Source: Leucoraja erinacea
Taxonomy: Eukaryota
Direction: 5' to 3'
DNA: 64,000 nucleotides
Assembly: GCF_028641065.1 (NCBI RefSeq)
Contig: NC_073396.1
Coordinates: 13,454,001 to 13,518,000 of the forward strand
Part shown: positions 24,860 through 37,605 of the stretch, piece after piece
How the letters are laid out: every line of letters begins with the position of its first letter
How positions within the stretch are numbered: the first letter of the stretch is position 1
Notes under the pieces: generated by a model
Databases searched by the model: none
What the model saw: only the letters and a program-made list of their open reading frames with translations
Told to the model about the DNA's origin: nothing
Position numbers and translations under genes: made by a program

Positions 24860-25760
24860 TGCCAGCCCAGTTCATCATTGGTACAGCCTTCCCCATCATC
24901 CAGAGCATCTGCATGAAGTACCGCCTCAAGAAGCCTGCATCTGTCATCAAGGATCCCCTTGCCCTCTTACATAGAAACATAGAAATTAGGTGCAGGAGTA
25001 GGCCATTCGGCCCTTCGAGCCTGCACCGCCATTCAATATGATCATGGCTGATCATCCAACTCAGTATCCAGTACCTGCCTTCTCTCCATACCCCCTTATC
25101 CCCTTAGCCACAAGGGCCACATCTAACTCCCTCTTAAATATAGCCAATGAACTGGCCTCAACTACCCTCTGTGGCAGAGAGTTCCAGAGATTCACCACTC
25201 TCTGTGTGAAAAAAGCTCTTCTCATCCCGGTTTTAAAGGATTTCCCCCTTATCCTTAAGCTGTGACCCCTTGTCCTGGACTTCCCTAACATCGGGAACAA
25301 TCTTCCTGCATCTAGCCTGTCCAACCCCTTAAGAATTTTGTAAGTTTCTATAAGATCCCCTCTCAAACTCCTAAACTCTTGGCCATATCCTCTTCTCACT
25401 GCTACATTGGGTAAGAGATACAGAAGCCTGAAGTCCCACATCATCGTTTTCAGGAGCAGCTATAACTATCAGTTCTTGAACCGACTGGCATAACCCTAAT
25501 CCTACCTTGGCAACACAGCTTACAGCCCACCTCTTGCACTTTTAAGGTATTGCTTTCTAATCCTACTTTGCACTGATGTCTTGTTTTTTTTGCCATCTTT
25601 TTCTCATCGCCTCGTAAAATCTATGTGTAATTTATGTATAGTTTATGTTTTTGTGGGTTGTTTGAGTCTATTTGTCTGAGATGTTGCTGCAAACAAGATT
25701 TTCACTGTACCTGTATGTCATCGTACATGTGCAAATGACAATAAACCCAACATGAACTTG
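24860..25760 (+). mobile_element. Old Rex1/Babar 3' fragment with nested CR1
   Basis: AQFIIGTAFPIIQSI...LKKPASVIKDP, resuming at 25376 (ggccat...gggtaagagatacagaagcctg) and ending ttttcactgtacc...tgacaataaac. Confidence 0.6.
24969..25375 (-). mobile_element. CR1/HER1 3' end (young)
   Basis: LRGDLIETYKILKGLDRLDAGRLFPMLGKSRTRGHSLRIRG..., intact 3'UTR; ctctt on both flanks. Confidence 0.92.
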
Positions 25761-25837
25761 ATTCACTCTATTTAAAGTAACCCGCTTATTAGTGTTAGTC
25801 TTGTTAGTCTTTTGTATAGTCTTTTGTATAACCATGG

Positions 25838-25965
25838 TGACACAAGGAACTGCAGATGCTGGAATCTTGAGTAAGCTTCAAAGTGCTGGAGTAACTCAGC
25901 GGGTTAGGCAGCCTCTCCGGAGGACACGAATAGGTGATATTTCGAGTCAAGTTTCTTCTTCAGGC
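25838..25965 (-). mobile_element. Penelope-like terminal repeat A
   Basis: acacaaggaactgcagatgctgg...gctggagtaactcagcggg. Confidence 0.7.
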
Positions 25966-26299
25966 TCTTTCTTATATGTCTATGGTTTTTCTCAGTTCTT
26001 CCATGAACTGATTTATCCCAAAATCCTGTCCTTTTACACAGTTCGTGCCTTTAAGACAGTTGCCAAAGTTATCAGTCTACTTGATAGGAATCTGTGGGAA
26101 CATTAGCTGAGTCTGAAGAGTTGATGTCAAGAGACTAGTCAGCCCATCAAATGCCATGGGGATAAGAGCAGCAAGAGGCCTGCTGGTCCTTTCCACAAAG
26201 TCTTCATAACTGTTCGCCAACTATTCTATTAAAATGGAACTGGTACTTGCTGCAAGAAGGCTAAAACCAGCAATTGTCTCAGCCACCACAGTGCACATG

Positions 26300-26432
26300 T
26301 GGTGGAAGGAACTGCAGATGCTGGTTTACACCGAAGATAGACACAAAATGCTGAAGTAACTCAGTGGGTCAGCCAGCGTATCTGAAGAAAAGGAGTAGGT
26401 GATGTTTCGGATTGAGACTCATTTTCAGACTC
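26300..26432 (-). mobile_element. Penelope-like terminal repeat A
   Basis: gaaggaactgcagatgctggtttacaccgaagatagacacaaaatgctg. Confidence 0.75.
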
Positions 26433-27734
26433 GGACCAGTCTGAGGGAAATTGGGAGGTGGGTGTAACTATGTGTATTCAGTGGGTCCATCGCAGAGTGT
26501 ATAGGCTGATACATAAAATATAATGAGTTTGTGTATTTATTCAAAGACTATTCACAGATTTTTTTTTGGAACTTACTACAATGTTCCATCCCCAAGATTC
26601 TTCATCATAATTGTTAAAACTGTGACAAACCTAAAATGACAATCATTATTCACAACTTGGGTAGGTCAGGCCCACTCACTAGTAGGCAACTGAGTCATCC
26701 TATCACCAACTAGAGAACTGCTGAACTATCATCTACCTAATTGGAGACCCTCGGACTATCTTTCATCAGACTTTACTGGACTTTGTCTTGCACAAAATGT
26801 TATTCCCTTATCCTGCATCTGTACACAGTGGACGGCCTGATTGTAATCATGTATAGTCTTTTCGCTGACTGGATAGCATGCAACAAAAAAACTTTTCATT
26901 GTACTGTGGTGCATGTGATGATGATAAACAAAACTAAACTGAGATTATATATTCTGCATCCATTTTTCTTTGTAAAAAAAAAAGATGATTTCCAATGCAT
27001 AAATATTACAAATTTAACACAAGCAATGGTTTGGGATTTTCACAACAGTGCTGGGGTTAATCTAGCCTCATTACAATTGTTGGAATATCATCGACAATAA
27101 ACTGACCCTCGAAACCTTGAAATGCTTGACTTCTGGACTTAAATGTTGTCTCACCTAGACTCTCAATAGAAACGTCACCTGCTCGCAAGCGTTTAGGGGC
27201 TGGCTTAGCTCAACGACTAGAAAATGCAAATTTAAAAAAAATCTGCAGATGCTGGAAATCCAAAATAAAAACATAAAAATCGCTGGAAACGCTTAGTAGT
27301 TGAGCCAGCATCTGCAGAGGAGAAACAGAGTTTACATTTCTGTTGTAGACCTTTTAGTTGATAAGTCAATAAAGACCATTAGTGGGAGAGAACACTGGAT
27401 CACAATGGTTCATCTAGGAAAGATGTTGTCTTAGAGTTTGAACCAGGTTTGATCCCTACCTCTAGTGCTCTCTGTGTGGAGACAAATGTTCTTCCATGTG
27501 GGCTTCAACGGGCTGCTCGGGTTTCCTCTCATATCCCAAAGACATACAGGTTGGAAGGTTAATTGAGCACCGTACATTGCCCCTGGTGTGAAGGTGAGTG
27601 ATAGAATCTGGGGGGAGGAGGGGAATTGCTGGGAATTTAGGGAGAATAATTTAGGATTTGTGTGAAGGGATGCTTGATGCTGGTGTGGATATAGTGGGTG
27701 GATAATGTTATAATTCTGTGCCAAACACAAAATT

Positions 27735-28040
27735 ATTAAGGGATTGGACATGCTAGATGCAGGAAACACGTTCCCGATGTTGGGGGAGTCCAGAATCCGG
27801 GTTCAATCCCGACTACGGGTGCTGTCTGTATGGAGTTTGTACGTTCTCTCCGTGACCTGCGGGGCTTTCCTCTGGGTTCTCCGGTTTCCTCCCACAATCC
27901 TAAGATGCAAAGGTCTGCAGTCTAATTGGCTTGGTGTAATTGTAAATTGTCCAGGTTTACGGGGATCGCTGGTCGGCGTGGATGCGGTGGGCCGAAGGGC
28001 CTTTCTGTGCTGTATCTCTGAACTAGCCTAAACTAAACAC
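27735..28040 (+). mobile_element. CR1 fragment joined to a 5'-truncated HE1-type SINE
   Basis: KGLDMLDAGNTFPMLGESR, then ccgggttcaatcc, V-domain and ctaaactaaac tail. Confidence 0.7.
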
Positions 28041-28512
28041 CATGGGAGAACCTTTACCAGAAAGACTGCGGTGATTAAAGAAGGCAACATACCACCACCT
28101 TCCCAAGGGCAATTAGGGATGGTTAAAAAATACCAGCCTTATCACCTTTGCCCAGACCCTGAAAAAATAATTGGTAAAAGAATTCACCTTGGATGCAAGA
28201 ATATTTTGGAAGGCAAAATTATTTCGATTCATTTGGTAAATGTTTCTCAATTTTGCCAGATGTTTTAATAGCTCTCAGAACAGCTGTCACAGATTTTGCA
28301 AATCCACTTTATAAATTAAACATTATGATTCTTTGGAATCCAAATTGAGTGATACCAAAGCCTAACAGCTTCACTGTTATCCCCGGCCCAAGGCCAGAAG
28401 AATATTTTGGAAAAGCATCTTTGAGTGAGTTATCTCCTTACTGCCCTCAAGTGCAGAGAAAGCGAGAGGATCACTCTCCACATCTTGGCATCTAAAAACC
28501 TTGCCAAATTAA

Positions 28513-29200
28513 ACGTAGAAACAATGAACTGCAGATACTGGTTTACAACAAAAGGCCACAAAGTGCTGGAGTAACTCAGCGGGCCAGGCAGCATCTCTGG
28601 AGAACGTGAATAGGTGACGTTTCAGGTCGGGACCCTTCTTCAGACTGATTGTGGAGGGTGAGAGAGAAAGAAACCTGGAAGAGAGGAATGGTAGGACCAT
28701 GCCTGCCAAGTAATAGGTGGAAGGCAGACACAAAATGCTGGAGTACCTCAGCGGGTGAGGCAGCATCTCTGGAGAGGAGGAATGGGCGACGTTTCGGGTC
28801 GAGACCCTTCCTCAAGTAATAGGTGGATATATGTGAGAGTGGTTTTTGATAGGCAGATGGTTGGACAAAGGCCAAAGATAAAAAGACAAAAAATGTGTGA
28901 GACAAAAGCATTGAAGAGTTTTGAATTGTGAAGCTAGCGATAGGAATGTTGGTCCAAAGGGAAGGGGAATGGGGGGGAAATAGGTGGGGCACTGGGGAAA
29001 GTGGGGGAGGAAAAGAAAAGGGGTAGATGTGTCGCTAGGTAAAATTGGAGAATTCAATCTTCATATCATTGGGTTATAAGCTATGAGATGATTTTCCGTG
29101 TGGCCTCACGCGAGCAGTGGAGGAGGCCCAGGACAGAAAGATCGGTGTGGCAATGGAAAGAGGAATTAAAATGATTAGCGACTGGGAGATGCTGTGGATC
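28513..29200 (-). mobile_element. Penelope-like element 3' end: GIY-YIG fragment, 3'UTR and two tandem terminal repeats
   Basis: LPVANHFNSSFHCHTDLSVLGLLHC..EATRK (ORF 29081-29293); repeats at 28722-28815 and 28513-28650. Confidence 0.8.
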
Positions 29201-29767
29201 CAGTGGCCATGGTGGACCAAGTGCAAGTAATAACGGTGACACGGCATGGTGGATCAAATGACCTGTTTCGGTGCTCTGTGTATCTATGTCCATGGCTCTA
29301 GCATCACCGGGTTGTTATGTCCAACTGAAAGTCCACTTGGGTTTAAAATTTGATCCAAAAACAGTGGGGTGTTGGACCTGTTCCTGTGCTGAACTGTTTC
29401 TTGAAAGGCCACCCAGTGCTGTAGTAACTCAGTACGTTAGGCAGTATCTCTGGAGAACATGGATAAGTGACATTTTCAGTTACTCCAGCACCTTGTGTCT
29501 TTTTGTGTGTTAACCAGCATCTGCAGAACTTTGTGTTTACTGCACTGTTGTCTGTTCTACGTGGCACTATCAGCAGTGAATGTTCACTCAATGTTGAAGT
29601 TTGGTGGATGCTTATGTTAACTTTAATGCAGTTGTGTATCTTGTTGCTTTTTTTAGTATGGCTGTATGGTAATTTGCATATCACTGCACCTTGATTGGTA
29701 CCCGTGAGAATAAAAGACTTTTGAAACCTTTGAATTGGAGAGCCAGCTGATATTTGCAATTCTGCTG

Positions 29768-30090
29768 TTTAGGTTTAGGATTACTATTGTCATATGTACC
29801 GAGGTACAGTAAAACACTTTATTTTTTGCGTGCTATCTAATCAGATCTGACAATACTATAGATAAATACAATCAAATCTAACTTAAATACAAAAAGTAGA
29901 ACACAGGGGAAGATACAGAGGGCAGAATATAGTTCTCTGCAGTGTAGTGCATTAATTCCATAGCAAAGTCCAATGTCTGCAATGGGGTAGAGGTGAATTG
30001 GATGGTTCCTCATCTTTTGGAAGGAACATCCAGAAGCATGATAACAGAGGGGAAGAGGCTGTTTCTGGGTCTGGTGGAGCGTGCTTTTAA
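29768..30090 (-). mobile_element. Rex1/Babar 3' fragment
   Basis: tattgtca.atgtaccgaggtacagt.aaa tail; gataacagaggggaaga.gctgttt (SFFP.VI). Confidence 0.6.
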
Positions 30091-30849
30091 TATTATGTTG
30101 GATTAATATTTGCCTCCATTCTCGCTGGTACTAAACTCCACAAAACCAGCTTACAGTGAATAGTAATAGTGAAATCAAAGTACGTTCCATTAGTCTTCTC
30201 AAAATAACCTCGTAAATCAAAAAAAACCCTTCTCGAGCATGTAGCAGCAGTACGCTCGATGACAAATTTATTAAAAAGTCCTTTCAAAGGTCTTTTAAAA
30301 AAAAATAAAATATCTTGCTGTAAATTGAAATGATGGATGTGGAGAGTTTGACAAGCAAAGAGTTCATCGGCCATAAACGTGGACTGAGATCTGGGGGATT
30401 ATAGTTACAAAATTCACAGTAAATTGGTTAGAGATAGGGTCCCATTATAGTGGCAGTTATCGTTGAGGGGAAATACAAAGCTTCAATAAAAATTCTAAGC
30501 TATCAATCTGTTAGTGTTAAAATTTGGTCAAACTGTCAGCCAGGAAGAAGGCAGAGGTCAAAGCTAATGGGCCCTCAAAGAGTAATTGAGTGACATCAAT
30601 AGGGTGCTGAATATACTTTCTTTAACTGGGATTAGTCAGTGAATAAAAAAAATCCCCAGGCCCCTGGTGATCTTGGAGGTCTGGAATGAATTACATTTTT
30701 TTCCTGCTCCACTTAACAATATCAAGCACAGATACACAGGAGGCAATTTCTGCTCCAGCATTTCCAAAATGGACCCTCAAAAACATCTTGGTGGCTGATA
30801 TGAGTTCTGACTGCAGCAATCCAAAGGACTTGGTCAACATTACTCCAAC

Positions 30850-31340
30850 CCCTGGCTAACATGTTTCCAGCAGAAGATAGGCACAATACCATTATCCCAA
30901 CCAAGCACATCTACTAAATCATAGAACTTGGAGTCAGAACTGTCCTCTGCAACTGGATCCTTGGCTTCCTGTCCAACAGATCACAATCAGTGAGGATAGG
31001 TGACAAATTATCCCCCATAATAATTCTCAACGCTGGTGCGCCATTAGGATGCGTTCTCAGCTCTCCACTATACTCCTCATATATTCACGACTCCACAGCC
31101 AAATACCAATCCAACTCAATCCATAAATTTGCAGATGACACCATAAATGGTGAGACGGAGTACAGAAAGGAGAATTTAGTAATTTGATGCCTGATCAAAA
31201 ATTTCCTCCTCAATTTCGGCAAGATAGAGATTGACTTCATGAAGTGAGGCAGAACATGTACTCTTGTATGTATTGATGGAACTGAAATGGAGATGGTCAG
31301 AAGTTTCAAGTTCCTAGGAATAAATATCACCATCAATTTA
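30850..31340 (+). mobile_element. Rex1/Babar RT core fragment
   Basis: LCNWILGFL...QSVRIG...LNAGAPLGCVLS..LYSSY.HD...IHKFADDT. Confidence 0.8.
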
Positions 31341-31744
31341 TTTCAAATTAAAAATCAAACATTCACACATTATTTTGATCCCCGATTATTCCATCTTAAA
31401 TTTTCAAAATCTGTTTGAAGCTTGGTTATTATCTGACATGTATTTGTCTCATTAACTAAACAATATAGATATAACAAAACATGGGATTAAATCACAGCTA
31501 ACCATTGACAACCAAGTCCATGGCAGTACTCAATAATACCCGAGCCAATGTGTTGATCACCCTTAGCATGACTTATGATAGTTTTTATTTCTAAACAATT
31601 AAATTCAAATTAAATTCAAAGCTACTTCCAAAAGATTCAACAATATTGAGTTTCTATCTCAGTCATTTTTTTCACTGCCTATTGTAAAAATATTTTATAT
31701 TTCTGCAAACCTCTTATTTCTTTGCTACAGGTAATTTAATGCTC

Positions 31745-32075
31745 ATAAATTCTAGGAGCAGAATAAGTCCATTCGGCCCATCAAGTCTACACTGCCATTC
31801 AATCATGGCTGATCTATCTTTTCCTCTCATGCCCATTCTCCTGCCTTTGCTCCATGACCCCTGACACCCGTACTAATCAAGAATCTGTCAATCTCCACCT
31901 TAGAAATGTCCATTAACGTGGCCTCCACAGATATCTGTGCTAGTGAATGCCACAGATTCACCACACTCTGACTGAAGAAATTCCTTCTCATCTCCTTTTA
32001 AAAGGTACGTCATTTTATTCAGTCCTAGACTCTCCCACTAGTGGAAACATCCTCTCTACATTCACTCTATCCAGG
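31745..32075 (-). mobile_element. CR1 3' fragment
   Basis: taggagcagaat...ccattcggcccatcaagtctac...cagattcaccac.ctctg. Confidence 0.8.
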
Positions 32076-33336
32076 GTGGCTTAACCTTTTGCTCAGGATT
32101 TCAGCATCTGCAGCTTCTGATGTCTCGAAATCTGAGAACAGGGCACGGTTCTTTTAAATAACTGATTTACTTCCCGCAAGTACTGTCAGTTACAAGTTGG
32201 CTAAGTTACTGGTGGTGCGACAGTGAAGGATTAGTGGTTAAACCAGAGCGTTATTTGTGAAACCTCACCAGTTCTCTCTGCAGAGCAGCCTTAAAGCCGT
32301 CGATATCCTTGCCAATCTCCAAGTGGCAGCCGTGGCAGTACGAGGGAGGCAAATTGAAACTAATGGACTGTGTTTGAAAAGCATCTTATATATATCGTAA
32401 GTGGCAGGGAGGCAGATTTAAATGAATCACTACGATTTCATCTGCCTCGGACATGTCTGCGTGTTTTCTAAAGTATATCAGGCAATGTGTGATGTGTACA
32501 ACAGGCAAGGTGACGTAATACTGAACAGCGCTTTCAGTGCTATCTAAAGATGAGCAGCATGGCCTGTACACATGGTCAGCATTACACCTAATGCAAACAG
32601 CAACACTGTATGGAGACAGATACTACATTAAAGACAAGCCTGTGATACCATTTGAGGAGCAAATAGCCCTGTAATTTTGTGCAAAGAAAATGGAGCATGG
32701 TAATCCAAATAGAGCAGTGATGACAGCAGGGATTAGGAATACCAGCAAGCTCAGGAGGTACAAGTGAACTCTCCAGTTTGTGCCATTTATGGTCAGAGAT
32801 GACTTTAGCACTTTAAAAGGGGCAGCGGGTAAGAGGAAGTGGCTTCTGTCAAGAGTGAGTCAGATTGGGAGAGTGGGAAAGCACAGCCAAAGGATGGACA
32901 GCCTTAAGAAGCAACTGAAGCGTAAATTGTTATGATCATATGGTATTCCATGCATACTTGTAACTACATTGGCCCTTATTGCCCCTTCCCTTGATGTCTC
33001 GTCTCATGAGATTCATCTCCACATTCCCCTCTCAGTTCTTTTTACCATGTCCCCCCACCTCGTGTGGCATTGCCTTCCTCAGTTTCCCCTTGCTGAACCC
33101 TCTCTAAGTCCCTCCCTTCATCACTTTCCTTGTTATCCCCTCCTTCACTGACCCTTCCCTTGACTTTCTTCTCAAGATGTCTCCTCCATCAGTATTCCTT
33201 CATCGACAGCCGGATATCTCTTGATATCCGATGCCTCAATATCTTCTTCCTCGATATCCCTCCCTCAGTGTGTGCAAGCATTTATAGATCCCTTACCTCT
33301 GCATCTTTTCATAAATATCCTTCTTGATCTCAAATG

Positions 33337-34082
33337 TAGACACAAAGTGCTGGGGTAACTCAGCAGGTCAAGCAGCATCTCTGGAGAAAAGGAATAGGTG
33401 ACGTTTTGGGTTGAGACCCTTCATGAGACTGAGAGTCAGGGAAGGGGACACTAAAGGTATGGGAAGGTACAGAACAAAGCAGAGCCTGCATTGATTAGTC
33501 AGGAAAGGTGGAACCCACAATGTCCCTTGTCGGGGATCCCTGGAGAGGAGCTCCGACCGCCGGCCCTGCAGTCTGCGGTGCTTCTGGCTGCGGCGCGGCG
33601 GGGACTTTAAATCTTCAACCGCTGGCCTGTGGCCTACACCAACTTGAAGCCGCGGTCTCCGGTGGGGAGGCACCGATTCAGGACTTATCTGGTCTTACCT
33701 TGCCTGAACATCTGGACGCCCGCAGCGGCGACTGCGGAGAGTTGAGGTACCGACCACGGGGGAAAATGGAGGAGGACGGCCAATTTTTGTGCCTTCCACC
33801 ACAGTGATGAATGCTGTGGTGGATGTTTGTGTCAATTTATATTGTATATTGTGTGTTCTTTTTTTATTGTACCGCTGCTGGCAAATTCATTTCACTTGCA
33901 CTTTATGTGCAAGTGACGAATAAAACTTGACTTGACTTGCTGGAGCAAGTTGTTGTCTGGGGACAAGGTGATAATGAAGGAATACAAATAGTGTAATTAG
34001 GAAGAGGGTTAGGGTGGGGGTGGGATGGAGCATTTTGTGTCTATCTTCAGTGTAAACCAACATCTACAGTTCCTACTTACAC
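33337..34082. mobile_element. Penelope-like element in inverted arrangement, with nested insert
   Basis: Minus arm starts tagacacaaa and continues into 3'UTR homologous to 53400-53560; short plus arm with tail at 34027-34082. Confidence 0.65.
33525..33940 (+). mobile_element. GC/CpG-rich short element with Rex1-type tail
   Basis: CpG-rich body, gccttcca.cacagtg block, aataaaa and (cttga)n tail. Confidence 0.6.
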
Positions 34083-34554
34083 ACTTTGACACTTGGCTCT
34101 TGGTCCCTTCCCAAATTCCCTGCCTCCAAAGCCCTATCACATGAATCATGTCATTTATGACTTCAGCTCCACCATGTTCCTGTGGCTTCTGCACACGTGC
34201 CTGGATATGTGCAGTAGCATCTGAACGCATACAACACACATTCAGGGCTCCTGAATATGTTAATATTTCTGTTTAATGACCTCACTGGTTAATGAGCTCA
34301 CTGTTCCCTTCACACTAGACACGACCTGACCTGCTCAGTGTTTCCATCATTTTCTAATTTTATCTCATATAACATCTGCATTCTTTTTGCTTTTTGCACT
34401 CCATTAAGATATAGGAGCATAATTAAGCATTTCAGCCCATTCAGTTTACTCTGCTATTCGATCATGGCTGATCTAGTTTTCCCTCTTAACCACATTCTCC
34501 TGCCTTCACCCAATGACCCTTGAAACCCTTAATAATCGAGAACCCGTCAAGAAC

Positions 34555-34850
34555 CTAGTGGGGCAGTCTAGGACTAGAGGGCACAGCTTCAGAATAAAAG
34601 GACACACGTTTGTAAAGGAGATGAGGAGGAATTTCTTTTGTCAGAGGGTGGCGAATATGTGCCACAGACAGCTGTGGAGGCCAAGCCATTGGATACTTTT
34701 AAGGCGGAGGTTGACAGATTCTTGATGAGCAAGGATGTCTAGGGAGTAGGCTGGAGAATGGACTTGAGTGGGAAAGATAGATCAGCCATGATTGAATGGT
34801 GGAGTAGACTCGAAGAGGTGAATGGCTTACTTCTGCTGCTATGACATGAA
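34555..34850 (+). mobile_element. CR1 3' fragment
   Basis: SRTRGHSFRIKGHTFVKEMRRNFFCQRV. Confidence 0.8.
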
Positions 34851-35780
34851 TTTTAAGAATTTATGAACTATCAATCTCCACTCTAAAAATACCAAACTGA
34901 CTAGACCTCCATGGTTGCCTGTGGCAATTAATTCTCTTTATCATGCATCTGTACACTGTGGACAGCTCGATTGTAATCATGTATTGTCTTTCCACTGACT
35001 GGTTAGCACACAACCAAACCGTCTCACTGTACCTCGATCAGTGCACGTGACGATAAACTAAACTGAACTAACTAAACTAAATAGATTATCTGGTGTTCAG
35101 CGAAAAATAGTGGTGTGCCCCAAGGACTAGTTAACAAACAGAAAATAGTGAAAACCAAATGTTGGGAAGCAGTGATGGAAGATGCTGCAGGGGTTAGTGT
35201 TGGTCACCCCGGTTTTTTCCATCTGTAGTCATGATTTGGATGTTAGGATCAATTATATCCAATTTTGTTAATGATATAAAGCTGTGTGGCCATGTAGGCC
35301 ATGAGAAGCAGGCACGCAATCTAACTTGACATCATGTTTGGCACAGATAATGTGGGCCAAAGGGCCTGTTCCTGTACTGTTCTGTTCCGTTCCATGTTCA
35401 CAAGAGGTCCAATGGCACACTGCTGCTCTGCTTCTCATGTTGTTATGTTCTTATGATTGCGTAATGATTGCTGCAAAATCATTTACTGTACCCTGCAATT
35501 GGCAGCAGAAATGAATAGAAAACGGTATTTTAATTGCTGGGGTGTGTGGGGGGATTCACAATTTCAATTTTTTTTTTTGACTAAGTGCTTCCCGAGGCTG
35601 CTTTTCATCACTGTCAGTTTCACTCACATCCAAATCATACTGTTATAAAGTTATAGAGTCTTGCAGCGCGGAAACAGATCCTTTGACCCAACTTGCCCAC
35701 ACCGGCCAACATATCCCATCTACACCAGTCCAACCTGCCTGCGTTTGGTCCATATCCCTCTAAACCTGTCCTATCCATAT

Positions 35781-36516
35781 CCATCGCCAAACTCAGACCC
35801 TCTCTCACACCGCCCGCTGCTGAAAGACTCATCCATGCCTTCATCTCCTCCCGACTGGACTATTGCAACTCACTTCTCCTTGGCATCAGCTCCACCTACA
35901 TCAACCGACTCCAACTGGTCCAGAACGCAGCCGCCCGACTCATCACCCACACCAAATCCTGGCATCACATCACTCCAGTCCTCAAACAACTTCACTGGCT
36001 TCCCATCTCCCACCGGATCACCTACAAAATCCTGATCCTCACCTACAAAGCCCTCCACCATCTGGCCCCCCCCCCATATCTCACTGACCTCCTCTCCCCC
36101 TACCAACCCTCACGGTTCCTCAGATCCACATCAACTGGTCTCCTCTCCATCCACAAGTCCAACCTCCGCAGTTTTGGGGACAGAGCCTTCTCCAAGGCAC
36201 CTCCCAGGCTCTGGAACTCCCTCCCCAAACTGATCCGCAATTCCGTGTCCCTCACCATCTTCCAGTCCCGCCTCAAGACCCATCTCTTCACCTCTGCCTA
36301 TCCTTAGCCCCACGTCCCCCTCTCTTTTCATCTGTGCATTAATTGCCTCATACTGTGTTTTGTATTGAATTCTGTATTTACTTTGTTTACTAGTCATGTC
36401 TCTACTATTTATTTCATTCCCCTTACATGTTTTTCCTCTACCTGCTACATTTTTGTAAGGTGTCCTTGAGACTCTTGAAAGGCGCCCATAAATAAAATGT
36501 ATTATTATTATTATTA
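35781..36516 (+). mobile_element. L2 LINE 3' end, ORF2 frame uninterrupted
   Basis: IAKLRPSL...AERLIHAFISSRLDYCNSLL...LQLVQNAAAR...HITPVLKQLHWLP...GDRAFS..PRLWNSLP...RLKTHLF* (stop 36307); 3' stem and (att)n tail; splits a CR1 (35645-35780, 36517-36605). Confidence 0.92.
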
Positions 36517-37054
36517 CCTGTCCAAATGTTTCTTGCAATGGTACCTGTCTCAACTTTCTCCTCTGGCAGCTCGCTTCACACACCCACCACCCTTTGTGTG
36601 AAGTCGTAGAGAGGCTTCCCAAGAAGAAACGTCACGGACTTATTGAAACAATGTGTGTATCTCTCTGGCACCTTCCTTCACTTCCAAATATCAAAGAACA
36701 TCATCCAGTTACTTGTGTAACATTGCCAGTGCCCTAGACTTTGCATACTTTGTGTATTGTATGCACAACAAATAATTTCACTGTACCAAGTACATGTAAC
36801 AATAAAGTATCAATCAAGCAGTCGATTGATCGATCAACCAATCAACCAGTCAAGATCTTAAACAGAGGTCACTTGCATGAGAAATATTACAGAACATGTG
36901 TACACTTTTCATCTATATGAAGGCTGAGGCATCGTACAAGAAGGGACGCTGTCTGTACTTTCTGAGGAGGATCCACTCTTTCAACATCTGCAGTGAGATG
37001 CTGCACTTATCACTTATCTGGTTTGCTCTTCCATTTCTACCAACTGCACCCCTT

Positions 37055-37225
37055 CTCATGCCATTCGTTCATCCAGCTGTAGGAGATACAACATTTGTCT
37101 TTTTAACCTCTTCCTTCCCCACAATCCAGGGACCCAAGCAGTCATTGCAAGTGAAGCATCAATTCACTTTTGCACTTTCCGGTTTAGTGTATTTTGGTGT
37201 TCACCAAGTCGTTTTCTCTACGAAA
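37055..37225 (+). mobile_element. Penelope-like linker/GIY-YIG N-terminal remnant
   Basis: TIQGPKQSLQVKHQFT....LVY, preceded by a decayed Cys motif. Confidence 0.6.
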
Positions 37226-37239
37226 CTGCACATATTTAA

Positions 37240-37605
37240 ATCGCGCGCGCTTATATCCGTGACGGGTAAAAGGCGGTCGACTGCGGTTGGGCGGCATGCG
37301 GTGGCGCATGTTTACCAACGGTGACGTAATCATGCATCACCACGCACTACACGTACAAGGTCAGGACGCCAGCGTGCGACCGCAGTACGTCCGCGTGCGT
37401 AAGCGATATGCCATGTTGGTAGCTCGCGAAGATTTTGTGCAGCATGAAATCCTGTAGCGGCGTGCGATACCGCGCGCAACTCCATACTCCTCCACGCCTC
37501 TTCATGCGCCCGTCCCGCGCTACCCACACGCGTCATGATGTGACGACCAAATTTTTGGAGGTCGCGTAAATGGTGCGCAAATGACGGCCAAATGGGACAG
37601 GCCCT
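37240..37605. mobile_element. CpG-rich PIF/Harbinger-like element, right end
   Basis: Ends tgggacaggccct then tta, similar to the TIR of the 62791-63015 MITE; no left TIR. Confidence 0.55.

Noticed and set aside
33211-33230. Hairpin cggatatc-tctt-gatatccg
   Set aside because: Isolated 8-bp stem in low-complexity pyrimidine-rich DNA with no supporting context.
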